A stretch of 63,538 nt of DNA, counting the filler, from Welwitschia mirabilis (Eukaryota), in the NCBI GenBank assembly GCA_051453625.1. It is 5 parts of one record of this genome, joined end to end, with 100 filler letters (N's around TTAATTAATTAA, not from the genome) between each part and the next. Parts side by side here need not be neighbours in the genome. Positions count along the whole stretch, not along the records: positions 22,683 to 39,236 come from JBOZIK010000001.1; 4 more parts are not named here. The stretch is one strand, 5' to 3'. Below, piece by piece: positions 25,801-39,336 of this stretch; the stretch's first letter is position 1; each line of letters opens with the position of its first letter. The notes beneath the pieces are model-generated. The model worked only from the letters and a program-made list of their open reading frames with translations. It had not been told where the DNA came from and made no database searches. The position numbers were made by a program, and so were the translations under genes.

Positions 25801-27050
25801 GCTTAGTCAGGTAGAATATGTGAGGAACATTTTGAAATGCTTCAGCTTGGCTGATTGCAAGCTTGTTGGTACTCCTGTTGGTTTACAATTTTAGTTGTCT
25901 CTCAGGAATTGACCGACTTCATAGAAGGAAAAGGCTGAGGTGGTGAGTGTTCCTTATACATCTGTTGTTGGTAGCTTGATGTATTCTATGATCTATACAA
26001 GGTTAGATATTGCTTATGCAGTGGGAGTTGTCTCATGTTTTATGAGTAATCCAGGTCTGGAGCACTGGAAGGTTGTTAAGTGGGTCTTCAGATATTTGAG
26101 AGGAGCACAGGATATGTGCTTGTGTTTTGGAGGTGCTAATTTGCACTTGATGGGTCACGTGGATTTAGACTTTGGTGGTTGCAGAGATACTAGAAGGTCG
26201 ACTTTAGGGTATGTTTTTACTCTAGGTGGTGCTGCAATAAGGTGGAGCTCATGGTTGTAGGCTAATGTGGTGTTGTCAACTACAGAGGTAGAATATGTGG
26301 CATTGATTAAGGCTGCAAAGGAGCTAGTATGGTGACGTGGTATTTTTGGATGGGTTGGCTGGAAGTTTGGGCTATTTTGTGATAGAATGCCATACAGTTT
26401 AGCGGAATGCAATATCTCATGCACGAACCAAGCACATTGATGTTAAGTATCATTTCATTAGGTAGATGATGAAAAGAGTGGTGTTGGAGGTGTGGAAGAT
26501 TCATACCAAGAACAGCCTTGCTAAATTCCTTACGAAGGTTGTGGATGGGCTCCAGCAAAGGACCTCTTATAGTGGAATTGGCTTAGGCTAATGATAGAGC
26601 GGGAACTAGGCATCTCTTTGGTAGAGTTTGGGGCAAAATTGAAGATGTTAGAGGCTGCTAATTTTGTCGTCAAGTGGGAGAATGTTGGGATATGAAGCCA
26701 AATTAGTGTTTTAACGTTACATTTCTAAACATTGTCTCCTGTATAATTAAACATGTTGTGAAGGAAGTTATTGAAACTCCCTTTAGGAGGTTAACTAGCG
26801 TAAACAAAAGATAAAAGGGGAAAGCCTCAATGTATTATTTGATTTGACTTGAAACCCTATTCCTATTTAAAGGGGTTTTGTGGAGGGCTTGTTTGTACTA
26901 GATTTGGTTCTTTCTTTGCTCCAGCTAAGAGAGCTCTGCCTATTTCCTGTGGTTTTTTCCCACAAGGGTTTCCACAGTAAATCCTGGTGTTGATACTTTG
27001 CTTGTTGTTTTGGATGTTTTAGCACATTTTTTCTTTCTGAATTCTTAACA
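22870..27050 (+). mobile_element. Degenerate Ty1/copia (Tnt1/Tork-like), 5'-truncated, with 3' LTR
   Basis: Contains a gag relic, protease DIWIVDSKASFH (about 23522), integrase YSDVVGP..YFISFID..PQNDRIAERYN, RT LYVDDML..KDLG (25640) and RNaseH DTRRSTLGYVF / RTKHIDVKYHFIR. PPT caagtgggagaa is at 26671-26682 and the LTR TG..CA at 26683-27050. It has many stops and frameshifts. Confidence 0.92.
26683..27050 (+). repeat. 3' LTR
   Basis: tgttggga...ttaaca after the PPT; homologous to 35451-35831. Confidence 0.85.
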
Positions 27051-28557
27051 TCATTGACATTAGTGAAAGGAGATGTGAGTTTCCTCTCGTGAAGAAGTAC
27101 CACTATTATTGCATATATTTCTAAATCATGCAATATCAAATTTAGATGCAGGAAATCTAAGTGTGAAGAGAACCTTTACTAAGACCAAAACTTCTGTTCT
27201 CCATTGTTGCCATAGTCCACCGTGTCTGCGATTTCAAATTTAAAGTAATATTACTAATATGATTATTCATTAGACACCTTCTTCAATTTGCCCATTGCGA
27301 TAAACAGTGTTGCACATTTCTTGTTTGCCAACTTATAGGCTAGATTTGTATTTGGATTTGTTGTGCATTTGACCACATCATTTCCACTTGCCTTAGTAAG
27401 ATGAAATTTTACCGTAGTTGCAACCATATAAGTGAAATGATGGTTGTCAAATTTGCAAAAACCATTTTTTTGGGCTATTATTAGGGTGTATCACAAGCCA
27501 TTTCCAAGCAATATCAACATTTCAAGGATCCATGGTTCTTGCTAAATTGCAAAAATGAAAATCTATGAATGGATTACACCTTTATGAACATGCTTATGTG
27601 GTTAAAAACAAAGGTTAAGGGCCAGCTCTTAAAAAGCTCCTATAGAACGAAATTTATCTTATATACTTGCATAATAAGAACTTTATTTCTTATCAAAGGG
27701 ATTCAAAAGTGCTCTTATCGTCTTAGAAAATTGGGAGAGGCTGTTTTTAGCATGGAGGATCAAGTTTAAAGAAGAGGCGAAATAAAGTTATGTATTTCAA
27801 CAAATGTGAGGAGAGGCCATTTTTGAGTGCTTCATTCCTTATCCTTAAATTGCTATTTGATCCCACAGAATACAGAGATATTGACTTCTCTTGTCTATTA
27901 GTTTGTAGCCATTATAAACCCTATCAGTTGGACTTTGGGAAACTATATGATTTTATTTTGCAAATGTTGAAAGGTTAATGAAGTTAACACTACAAAAATA
28001 ATATCGAAAATGAGAGGGACATTGAAAGAAGAGGGTACAATGTGTATAAAGTATAAACTCTATTTTTTCAAAACAGTACAAATGTCATAAAATTCTTGCA
28101 AGTATTTGCTGACATTGGTGTCTAGATCCACATTGCTTCTTATAAAAAAGAGAACATATGCTTGATGGTCTACCATAATGGTTCTTCTAGAAATCCTCAA
28201 ACTTAAATTTCTATGCCATCAAGGATGAGGTAGACTTATTCAAATTATAGATTTTCTAAGGAAGTTGATAGTGCTTTTTAGTTATAATATATGCTCGGAT
28301 TAAAGAGATCCATTTTCCCTTAGTTCAAATGCCATTGGTTGTGTGCATTAGCTTTCCATCATTTTTTCATTGCATGCTTCTAATAATTCATCCTCAATAT
28401 TGGGAAATTGGGAGAATCCATCCTAATGAAATAGTGTTGTTGTTGTTGGATGTTCTCCCTTCATCATAAAGAAACTTATAAGCCTCAACCATTCTAATGA
28501 AATAGTGTTATTGCTGTGAGGTGTCCCATCCTAATGAAATAGTGTTATTGTTGTTAG

Positions 28558-29525
28558 CATTGAAGCAAGACTCGTACTCGCTACCCAACTTGGCTAAGGG
28601 AGAAGTCATGATCCGCTCGACTCAGAAATAGACTTGGAAGTCAAAAAGAGTTACTAAAGAATCTCATATTTTAGCGTTTTAGGTACAATGTTAAGGATTT
28701 TAATGATTTTTAAAGGAATGCTCACAAACTTTGAGTTGCAAGAAATGCTTACTCTTGGAAAGCTTATTATGAACAAAATAAGATTAAGGAATTCAGTTTT
28801 ATCTCCTATTAAATCAATTCTCTCTTCAAGGTACTCATCCTTGATTGATTAATCGTTCTTTGAGTTAGAGAGATGAATATTTATCCACTTTTCATGAATA
28901 TCTTTTATAGATAATTAGATATAGTTGGAGTTGTACTGATATCTCAATTAGAGTTTCATCTACAAGTGAGGATATCTTTCATAATGAATATGATGAATAG
29001 AATCTACTTTCTTGTGCCTTTATTCAAAAGAAAACTTAATGTGCAAGTTTCTATTTTTTTAAACAGAATTTTGCCTTAATCTATCCATGTTTAGACTCCA
29101 TGATAGGGTTTCCAAAACTAAGCATTCGTTGAAAACCTATTTAAACTCCAAACCTTGGAGTTCATAGGCTATTCTACAATCCAAAAGTTCTCTCTCAAAA
29201 TCCAAAATGAGTGAAATCTGAGTGAAATCTGTGTTAGAAAACAAGAAAAAACTTTCTTATACCCTAAAAATGTGTTGGGCCCTACAAAATATTAGTTTAA
29301 AAAAAGTTCTTTCTAATTAACTCTTTGCCCCCTTCCTAACCTACACAGACCTAGCAAGATTTGGCGAGACCTGCACAAACTCACAAACGTGTGAGTTTCA
29401 CCAAGGCTCATGGGCTTTCTAATAAGACTTGGACTCGACGAATTTCTTGGAATCTAACTCGGGAGTCCCTAGAGACTTGCGACTCACAGAGTACCTCCTG
29501 GCTCCTCACGAGTCTTGTTATAGTG
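28558..29525. mobile_element. Non-autonomous hAT-type element (MITE-like)
   Basis: Imperfect TIRs cattgaagcaagactcgt / acgagtcttgttatagtg. 8-bp TSD gttgttag (28550-28557) vs gttattag (29526-29533). Subterminal actcg/gactc repeats occur at both ends. Confidence 0.8.
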
Positions 29526-29773
29526 GTTATTAGGAAACTTTAGCTTAAACATTCTAGTTCTCACTGCATACAACATTTTGCTCTCAATCTATTTTTTAAG
29601 TAGCCACTCCTATGTTAACTTAATGTGATGAACTTCTTCCCATAGTCTACTACCTCGCACCTTTGGGTAGAAGGATATCTTCCAATACCTGTGCAATTGG
29701 TAATCATCTTCAAAATCATCACAACAATCATTAATTTCAATACTATGACCCTTGGTCTTTTCTGAGCAAGTGA

Positions 29774-31250
29774 CATAGAGATTCATAGTGAAAAATTCAT
29801 GAAGATTTCATTCGTGATAAAAACACAAAGAAAAAAGTTGTGTCGAAGAAAAGAACTAGAAACAAACAAGAACACACCATCAATTTAACTTGGTCCAATC
29901 TCCTTCTTAGTGTATGTCCAAGAATTAGATGTTTTTTAATTTTAGCATAGAATTACAACTATCAATTACTTCATCAATATGTCATTCCTGGGCTTTAATC
30001 ACAAATCACCAAAACCCTCCCAAGAACCTTTTCTCAAACTATTAAATTCTCTCAGACACACACAAAATCAATCAAAACAACCTCTATTGTCTCCCCAAAA
30101 TTAAAAGCTTCTTCTCCTTTGTTGTGCTTATGATTTCATCCATCTAATTAAAACTCATTTGGGGTTTTATATCCCACATGTCTAATTTCTTTATTTACAT
30201 ATATTAAACATATAGCTTAGTAAGACTGCGATATATAACTATAAAGTTGGAAGAATCCACATGATATGTACATAAAATGTTGATACATGCTTTTCCATGT
30301 GGGCTGTTTTTAAAAGTAAAGTTACATTGTCACATTTTTTATGATCTTAGTCTTGTTACAATATTAGGACAAAATAGAATCTAGGTTTTCGAACAACAAA
30401 AAATGGGTTAATCAAAATGCTTATCTAACAGCCGTATTGAAGCTTGTTAAAATCACTCCAGTATCTTGTCATCTCTATGTTGCTGCAAAAATCTATAAAT
30501 TATTGAAAGGATCTCCCTAAATCATCCACTATAACTGTAAGAGTTGATGCATCTTCATAATACAATGACAAATTAGCAACATCCAATGAACTAGAAATTT
30601 TCATAGCCTCAGTCAATCCTACACAATATGCATTGGCTGAACTCTTTTAATAATCTTTAATGAATCAAACTTCTAATGCTTTAATTTTGAATACACCTAT
30701 TTTGAAAGTCTTGAAAATATTAATAACAGCAAATCACTAACCTGAAATTCATTACCTTTCTCGCTCTTCAATAATAACCTCAACCAACCTTAAAATTGTT
30801 TTTAACCCAAACCTCTCGCCCACATTGGAACATCAATACTTGAATGTCGTAAACCTTCTAGTGTAGTTTGGAAAGATATTTGTTATCTCAGTTTCCATTT
30901 CTTTTCATCAAATTACTCAGGTCTTCTTGTTGTGTTGCTTTTGGAGCTCTCACTACAAGATTATCCTCCTCCTCATCCTTCTTAAGCAAGCGATCTAATG
31001 TATCTTCTTCATGTTGAACATCAAATTTTTTTTTTCCCATGCCTTTTAAACAACTTTCTTGTCTCCTTAATCTTTTATCCAAGTTCGTCATTGTCATTGT
31101 CGTTGGTATCATAGTTATTTCTTTGTACCATCAAAACTTATGCTTCGATACTAGAGAATGTAGAGTTTCATGATGAAAACATCTAAGACAGTTGCTTCAC
31201 AACACAACACAAAGAAGGAAAGCTAGATGGAAGGGAAAAAGAAACAAATA
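29774..31250 (-). mobile_element. Probable LTR retrotransposon remnant (LTR-like 29774-30430, PBS-like 31142-31153, partial LTR about 31159-31250)
   Basis: gcttcgatacta is a degenerate reverse-complement PBS. 31159-31250 resembles 29774-29870, and the segment ends ctaaca at 30430. I found no TSD or PPT. Confidence 0.4.
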
Positions 31251-31394
31251 TTAGTTCACATTATGCAAATAGATAAGATAATCTATGTTGTAGAAGATTT
31301 TGAAGAGCTTGGCCCTTTGACCTTTGTTTTTAACCTCATAAGCAAGTTCTTGAATGTTTGATCCATTTACTGTTTTCATTTTTGCAATTTATGA

Positions 31395-34300
31395 GGAATC
31401 ATGGCTCCTTGGAAGGTTCATATGATTTGGGAATGGATTGTGAGGGATCCTATTAATGGGAAAAATTGCTTTTTGCAAATTTGCTACTATCATTGCACTT
31501 TCATAGTTGCAACTAGAGAAAAATTTCAACTTGCTAAGGCAAGTGGAAATGATGTGGTCATGTGCATGAGGAATCAAGATAAAGACCTAGCTTGTGAGTT
31601 GGCAAAGGAGAAATGTGTTGCACAATTGATCATGATGGACAAATTGAAGAAGGCAGACTTTCAATAAGAAATCAATTTGTCTTGAAATGTACTTTTTGCA
31701 AGTTTAACTAATGTCCAAAGGACAATCAAATTAGTTATAATACTTTAAATTTGAAATCCTAGACACAGAGGGCTATGGCATCTAATGAGAGAGAAAGTTC
31801 TGGTCTTGGTAAAGGTTTTTTCAACACTACATTTCATGCATCTAAATCTAATATTGCAAAATTTAGAGATAAATGCAGTGGTAATAGTACTTTCTTAAAA
31901 GGGGAAACCACATATCCTTTTATTAATGTTGGTAATTGTTCAAGGTTATCTTTCCAAATGCCAAAGAACAACGTTCACATAATTGCCACTACTCATATTG
32001 CTAATATTGTTGCCATTAGACCATGTTTTCATTGCCTTTTCAGCAAGAAAAGGCATGATTCTACACATACATGCTTGGCCAAACTTTGATACAAGCATTT
32101 CCTTCCTTTGCAAGTCTTGAGAGATCTAAAATTACAAGAGGCTCTTGATTGCATCATTGAGACAAGTAAAGGCTTCAAGGTGCCATCAAATCATTAGGTG
32201 TAAACTACAAAATATATAATTACCTCTTGTTTTATCATTTGTTTTGTTATGTCTAGTAATGTACTAGTTTTAATGATAATGCCATGTTATTAGTACTTAG
32301 TACTTACAACTTATCTTGTTGTTCATCATTAGGTTTGTATATCCTTATTAGAAAAGGCATATAATAGCATTAGAGATGTTATGGTAGTCCATCGATCTAA
32401 CTAGGCAAGCATTAGTTGTTCAATTATGATAGATTTGTGGGCTGATTGGAGAGGAAGATCTTTGGTTAATGTTTTGGATGGTTCTGAAATGGGGTCATAT
32501 TTATCAAGTCCATTGCTGCATCTACCAAAGATAAGGATGTAGACTTCATGTTGAATTTGTACAAGGATGTCATTGAACAAGTTGGTCCAAGTAATGTTGT
32601 ATAGGTAAATATTTAATATAATAGTTAACAACACTGTGTTTCAATCTTATCTCATTTTTTTTGAAATGCATTTAGTAATTCACAATGTTGCTTTTTGTAA
32701 TTTGCAAATTATTACTGATAATGCTATTGCATTTATTTCTACTGGGGGAAGGCTACAATCAACTTATCCTCACATATATTGATCTCCATGTGCTATGCTT
32801 TCTCTGGACTTATTGGTAGGATAGTGGCCAAGTTCTCTTGGATCAAGCCTCTAAGTAAAGTGTTTATTGTAATTTGAGAATTTGTTTTGAGATTGCTTCC
32901 CTCATTTGTTATTGCATTCATTTAGTGTCCGTTTAGTGATCACCACTTATTGATTTTATTGCAGTCCATCAAGAAAGCTAAATAGATTTGCAAGGTTACC
33001 CACCTACATGACTTGACCTATTCCTTGCTCCACAAATACTAGGTTTGTTATAGACATTTTAATGTTACAAAGTTTCACGGAGTTCAAGGGGAGTGATGCG
33101 TCTGTTTTTGTCTCTTAAGCGGTTGTCTGATAGTCCTTCTTGGCCTTATTTGTAAAGTTTTGCTGAGGGAGGATTTTGCAAAAGAGTCATATTTGATGTG
33201 TTGCAAAGAGTCAGAGTTAGGCATAGCAGTGACAGCAAGAACAACCAAGTATTTAAAAAAAAAAATAAAGGAAAAAAAGGAAAAGAAGGGGGGAATCCCC
33301 AGGATACCACAAATTTACATCATAAAACCCTAAAGGCAAAGGTAAATGTCCATAGGTTAAAAAAGAGCTTTGTTATCTTTTATGCAAATGAAGTTGGCAC
33401 CATATAGTATGCAGGAACCCTGTAAATAGCATTAGGTTTTAACTGAAGCGAAGCTTGAAATCCTAAATGTCACCCTCCATATTAGTTATGTGGCTTACTC
33501 CCTCATTCATTCATAGGTCATGCTTTATATTTTAAATTTGCTTGGAAAATGTGAATGGGCTACCAAAGGTTAATCTTCGTTTACAACATAACACAAGAGC
33601 TCAAACACAAAACTTGGCTTTAAACCCTAACATAACAATACTATTTATAGCCCACGTCCCGAGAAGACATTTTGGTACATGGTGTAACATGGTTATTTTC
33701 ATATTTCCTTACATACTCATGAGATTATATTAAATTAATTTCACTTTTAATGATACTTTAACAAATCTTGGATCTACTAGTGAAATTATTGAGGGCGGGG
33801 GATTCTGATAATCCATCTATGGGTTATGTTATGATGTTATAGCTAAAGTGAGGGCCAGGATACATCAGACATTAATAGAAATGAAATATAAAGGAAGAGT
33901 AGAGCAAAAATAGAGATTTATTAAGAAAAGACGGGGAAAAATGTTAGAAATTGATTTTTACACTGTTGCATATATTCTAAACTCAAAGGTTGGTTTGGTG
34001 AAGTATGATGAGCTGAATGATAAAGAAAAAATCAGAACAACCCCTCAAAATGTAATCAAGAAAACATCCCAACTTAAAAGCTTCATGCCTTTTCAATTTC
34101 GTAGTCTTTTCATTTTTTGTATGAATATGTTGTAGGTTATTTCTGTACATATTTATTGACTATTGAGTTATTGTGTCTACAATGTCGTATTCAAGGATTG
34201 TTATGAAAATGTACCTCATGCATGGCAATGATGCATTACTAGATTTGGAATCCCTCGAGGTATGAAGGAAGTTGGCTATGCAGCTTGCTATTTATAAGCA

Positions 34301-34810
34301 AGTTGCAAATGATCAAATAAGCTCACTTGAGACATTGGGAGGTGCTTTGGACTAGACTTCAAGTATTTCTTCTATCTTTCACTTGCACTTCTTAATAAAT
34401 ATTGGCAATTAAATCAACTTTATCTTTAGCTTTCATGATTTATCACTCTCTTAGGCTCTTAGTCTTGTTACTATGTAGTTCATTTTCATTGCTCTCTAAT
34501 TTTGGTCACTTAATGTTTGTAGCAAGATGGTAGGAGATGTATGTTAGTAACACTCTTGACTTATCTTGATTTGTAAGAGGTATATTATCTCAACCATGTA
34601 GCTCTTTTGGTGAGCAATTTATGAAATCCACAAGTTACATAATTATTACAATTTTTGACTTGAAGGGTGTGAATGTAGTTGGAGTGTTTCGGAGCATATA
34701 CATTCCAAGAAGCATAATAGATTGGGGCATTGTAGATTTAAGCAAATTAGTATATGTCTACTTCAATAAAAAATTATATCACAGATCTCGTAGAGACAAA
34801 AAATAGAGAA
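31395..34810 (+). pseudogene. Intron-containing hAT transposase pseudogene (zf-BED, DUF659, C-terminal dimerisation domain)
   Basis: BED-like segment ..ATREKFQLAKASGNDVVMC, then GFKVPSNH, CSIMIDLWADWRGRSLVN, VGPSNVV, IITDNA..YPHIY*SPCA, DSDNPSMGY, FYTVAYILNS, ARW*EMY..ILSQPCSS and CECSWSVSEHIHSKKHNRL..VYVYFN. Intron-like gaps lie at 32198-32332, 32605-32707 and 32855-32964. Confidence 0.88.
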
Positions 34811-35450
34811 GAAAGATGATTTGGCCCCATAGATAGATATTAGCATGGACTTGGATGATGTGGGTGATGATTCACCATTAGCAGATTGGATTCTTGATGA
34901 GTCGTGTATGACACCATTGACGTTTACTACACTTGAGGATAGATCATACCAATGACTAGATTATTTAGGGATTCTAGCTGGAAATCTTGATGCTCTTGAT
35001 CATAATGATTTATTGTCGGATGATGATTCCCTAGAGCCAATGTTAGAGGTCGATGTTGATATTGATGTCATGTTGATCTTCAGAGCAGAGTTGCCATTTT
35101 AGAGTATCCAGCTACAAAGGCAGAAGGGCCTAGATAACAATGAAGATGACAACTACGATCGATAGGATGATGTTTAGAGGGAACTGCAGGGTGACCATCT
35201 TGAGGAGTCGGTCAGAGTATTCAGTATTGGAGTGAGAGGGGCTCAAACATTATATGCTTCAGGATTTGATGGAGAAAAGAAGAGATTTGATACATGATGA
35301 TGATGTTGGATCTTCAAGGGGATCCTCTCAAGCTAGAGGGTATCTTGCTACGACAAGAACTTGTATCTGAGCACTTGGTGGTGTCTTTGGGGGAGACTAC
35401 CATTAATTGGGTAGCAGCCTAGGGGGGCCATCACATATTATTGTTGATAT

Positions 35451-38400
35451 TGTTGGAAAAGTGAAGCCAAATTTGTCTTGTTTATATTGTAATGTTATGT
35501 TTTAACATTGGCCCCCACTTGTTGTAATGTTGTAAAAGGAGGTTACGTTTTAACTCCTTGGGGTATTTAAATAAAAGAAAAAGAAAAGAAACTAAAAAGG
35601 GGAGGAAATTCATAGATTGTCTTGGCTTGAAACCCTAAACCTGTTTAAAGGTTGCTTGGGGGTTTGTTTTGTATGGTGATTTTTCTTTTTGCTCCTTGAA
35701 CAAGATTAAGAGCTCCGCCTGCTTCTCGTGGTTTTTCTCGTAAGGGTTTTCCACGTACATCTATGTGTGTTGTTCATGTGCTTGTTGTTTCCTTTTTCTT
35801 TAGTATTGATTTACGGTAAAGATTTGTAACAAGGTATCAAAGCAAGGTTCGAAGTGCTTTTTGGGGGTTGTAGATTGAAGCACTAGGGTTTATGCAAGAT
35901 GGAACACTTGTCAACCATGGATAGGTTGGTTGAAGTCAAGAACTAGGGAAATTGGAAAATCCTGATGGAGGATGTTCTTTGCTCGAAGGATTGTGACATT
36001 GTACAAAATCAAAGGGCAAAGCAAAAGCAGCATTCAAATTGTTAGATACTGATTGGTTGAAGAAATACCCTAATGAAGAATGGGAAAAACACAATTGGAA
36101 AGCTCTCACCACAATCTGTTCGTGTCCTGGCACCGGTATACTTGGAACGTACAAGGGAATCATAGAGGCGCATGTCTTGTGGAAAACTTTGAATGAAAGG
36201 TATGACTAACTCACTAGAATGAATAAATATTATACGATTAATGGGGTTTTAATCTTTAAATTGAAAGAAGTCTTTGCAAAGTCATTTTGATGACATGAAT
36301 GGCTTATTTGCTAAGATCGATGATTTGGATATAAATTTTGAAGATCTTCAAGTTGTTGCTGTGTTGAGTTCCTTACCAGAATCCTGGAAAACGGTTCGGA
36401 CTACCTTGACTACTGCTTCCAGAACTTTACCATTTCTCAGTACTGTTATTCAAAGTTGTTGGACACAGTTAAGACTAAAATTGTAGATGCCCCTAGTGAA
36501 GCCTGAGCTATTAGAAAGGGCCGTTCACATAAAAGAGACGATGGTCGTGGACATAGCAAGAGCAGAGGTAAATCTATTTGCAAAAATGAAGTTGTTTGTT
36601 GGTATTGTACGAAAAAGGGTCATTTGCGCAAGGACTGTTATGCCTTGAAAAATAAGAAGAAAGATGAGAGACCTGAGAACAACGGCCAAGAACAAGCAGA
36701 ATCTGATGGAGATATTTTACTCGTTGCTAGAGATGGAGATGCCAATGTCTCCATGTACTCTACTCCTGGTGTATGGATTCTAGATTCAGGAGTTTCCTTC
36801 CATGGTTGTCCATACTTCATACAAAGAATATTTTTCTGATTACAAGTCATACAAAGAATATTGTTCTGATTACAAGTCCATTTCTAGGAGAGAAGTCTCC
36901 TGGGAGATGACAGATCATGCAGTGTTGAAGGAATTGGTGCTGTCATCATGAGACAGAGTAACAGACAGAGTGTGAGATTGAGGGACGTTTACCATGGGCC
37001 AGGTATTGCAAAGAACTTTATCTCTTCTGGACAGTTGGATGATTTGGGTTGTAAAATTACTCATGCTAATGGAAGTTGGAAAGTCAGTAAAGGTGCGATG
37101 ACACTAATGCATGGTAAGAAGGAAGGATGTTGTATATTGTGAGAGCACATGCAGTTGGAAGATGTGTTGCTGCTGCAATTTTAAAGGACGATGTCTCTTT
37201 GTGGCATCACAGACTTGTTCACCTTAGCGAAATTGAAATGAAGGTACTTAATTTTAAGAACCTAGTACCTAAGTTTTCTTCAATTTCTCTAGATTTCTGT
37301 CATGATTGCACTGTTTGTAAAAATAAGCGTGTTGCTTTTAAGAAATCTGTTTTGAATAGGGACATAGGAAAACTTGATATGGTGTATTCCGATGTTGTTG
37401 ATCCAATGTCTGTCACGTCTTTAGGTGGTGCATCATATTTTACTACATTCATTGATAGATTTAGCAGACAGACGCGGATTTATTTTATGCATTTCAGAAG
37501 TCAAACATTAGAAAAGTTTACGAAGTTTGGAGCTAGAGTTGAAAATGAATCTGACTGTAAAATCAAGTGTCTTATCACTGATAATGGGGGTGGATACACC
37601 TCTTATGAGTTTTCTAAATTTTGCAAGTAGGCTGGAATTGTACATACCAAAACACCATCATGAACACCACAAATAACGGTATTGCAGAAAGATATAATCG
37701 TACAGTTCTTGATAGAATTAGATCCATGTTTGCTCAATTTAGTGTACCTAAGATGTTTTAGGCAAAAGCTGCTAGAATAACTACTTGTTTGATCAACCGT
37801 TCTCCTTATTCAGCCTTAGATGGTGATATTCCAGAATCTGTCTGGAGTGGGAATTCTTTTTCTTTGTCTCACCTGCATTTTTTTGGATGTGAGGCGTGTG
37901 TCCATTTGCAGGGTACAGGAAAACTAGAAGAACGTGGTAGGAAATGTGTTTTTCTTGGCTACAGGGAGATGATTTGGATACAGGCTTTGGGAACCTATGG
38001 CACATAGAATTGTTAGATCACGTGACGTTGAATTCAGAGAAGACGTGATGTTTTACAGGTCATAGGAGAGCATTCAGAAAAAGGAAAGTTCTAATTCTTG
38101 CACCCTGCACAAGCCTGAACAGGTTGATGATGATGAAAGATGTAACACACATGGGGAAAATGACCAGCCTAAACTAAATCAGCCTGAAGAGGAAAGCTCA
38201 AGTTCTGAAACTGAATCTGGGTCTGATGATGATGGAGCCTAAACTCCCACACACTGGGTTCATAGATCCACCAGAGTTACCAAAGAAATTGAAAGGTATT
38301 CNNNNNNNNNNNNNNNNNNNNNNNNNNNNNNNNNNNNNNNNNNNNNNNNNNNNNNNNNNNNNNNNNNNNNNNNNNNNNNNNNNNNNNNNNNNNNNNNNNN

Positions 38401-39236
38401 NGAAAATGAATTTGGTAGTAAAATAAAGTGTCTTATAACTGATAATGTGAGTGAATACACCTCCCATGAGTTTTCTAAATTTTGCAAGGAGGCTGGAATT
38501 GTACATAACAAAACACCACTAGGAACACCACAAAATAACGTTGATGCAAAAAGATATAATCGTACAGGTCTTGACAGAATTAGATCCATGTTTTCTCAAT
38601 GTCGTGTACCTAAGATGTTTTGGGTAGATGATGCTAGAACAGTTGCTTATTTGATCAACCTTTCTCCTCATTTAGCCTTGGATGGTGATATTCCAGAATT
38701 TGTCTGGAGTGGGAGTTCTCTTTCTTTATCTCACCTACATATTTTTTGGATGTAAGGTGCATGTCCATTGCAGGGTACAGGAAAACTGGAAGAACGTGGC
38801 AGGAAATGTGTTTTTCTTGGCTATGGGGGAGATGATTTTGGATACAAGCTTTGGGATCCTGTGGCACATAAGATTGTTAGATCACGTGATGTTGAATTCA
38901 AAGAAGATGTGATGTTGTACAGGTCACAAGAGAGCATTCAGAAAAAGAAAAGCTCTAATTCTTGCACCTTGCACATGCCTGAACAGGTCGATGATGACGA
39001 AAAGCGTAATACACATGGAGAAAATGACCAGCCTGAACTAAACCAGCCTAAAGAGGAAAGCTCAAGTTCTAAATCTGAATCTGAGTCTGATGATGATGGA
39101 ACCTTACCTCCAACACATTGGGTTTGTAGATCCACCGGAGTTACCAAGCAAATTGAATGGTATTCTCCGTCTTTACATTATGTGTTGTTTACAGATAAGG
39201 GAGAACCTGAATCCTTTGAAGAAGCTATTTCTTCTT
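35451..39236 (+). mobile_element. Degenerate Ty1/copia (Tnt1/Tork-like), 5' half, running off the scaffold end
   Basis: 5' LTR 35451-35831 (TG..CA) and PBS aggtatcaaagc 35832-35843. Gag has zinc knuckle CWYCTKKGHLRKDC (about 36597), followed by protease WILDSGVSFH, LWHHRLVH and the integrase core. About 37541-38301 is repeated at about 38402-39162 across a 100-N gap, and there is a 30-bp tandem duplication at 36818-36877. Confidence 0.92.
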
Positions 39237-39336
39237 NNNNNNNNNNNNNNNNNNNNNNNNNNNNNNNNNNNNNNNNNNNNTTAATTAATTAANNNNNNNN
39301 NNNNNNNNNNNNNNNNNNNNNNNNNNNNNNNNNNNN
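39237..39336. other. Artificial scaffold-joining spacer
   Basis: 44 N + TTAATTAATTAA (39281-39292) + 44 N. Confidence 0.95.

Noticed and set aside
27051..28410. Possible host gene exons (short ORFs 27569-27978)
   Set aside because: No recognisable motif or consistent splice structure, so it is left unassigned.
28418..28553. CRISPR-like repeat-spacer pattern
   Set aside because: Only three imperfect repeats with very unequal spacing, no cas genes, and a plant TE context.
22870..39236. LTRs at 26683-27050 and 35451-35831 as the two ends of one element enclosing the hAT gene
   Set aside because: The first is preceded by a PPT and the second followed by a PBS, and they are clearly diverged, so they belong to separate insertions.
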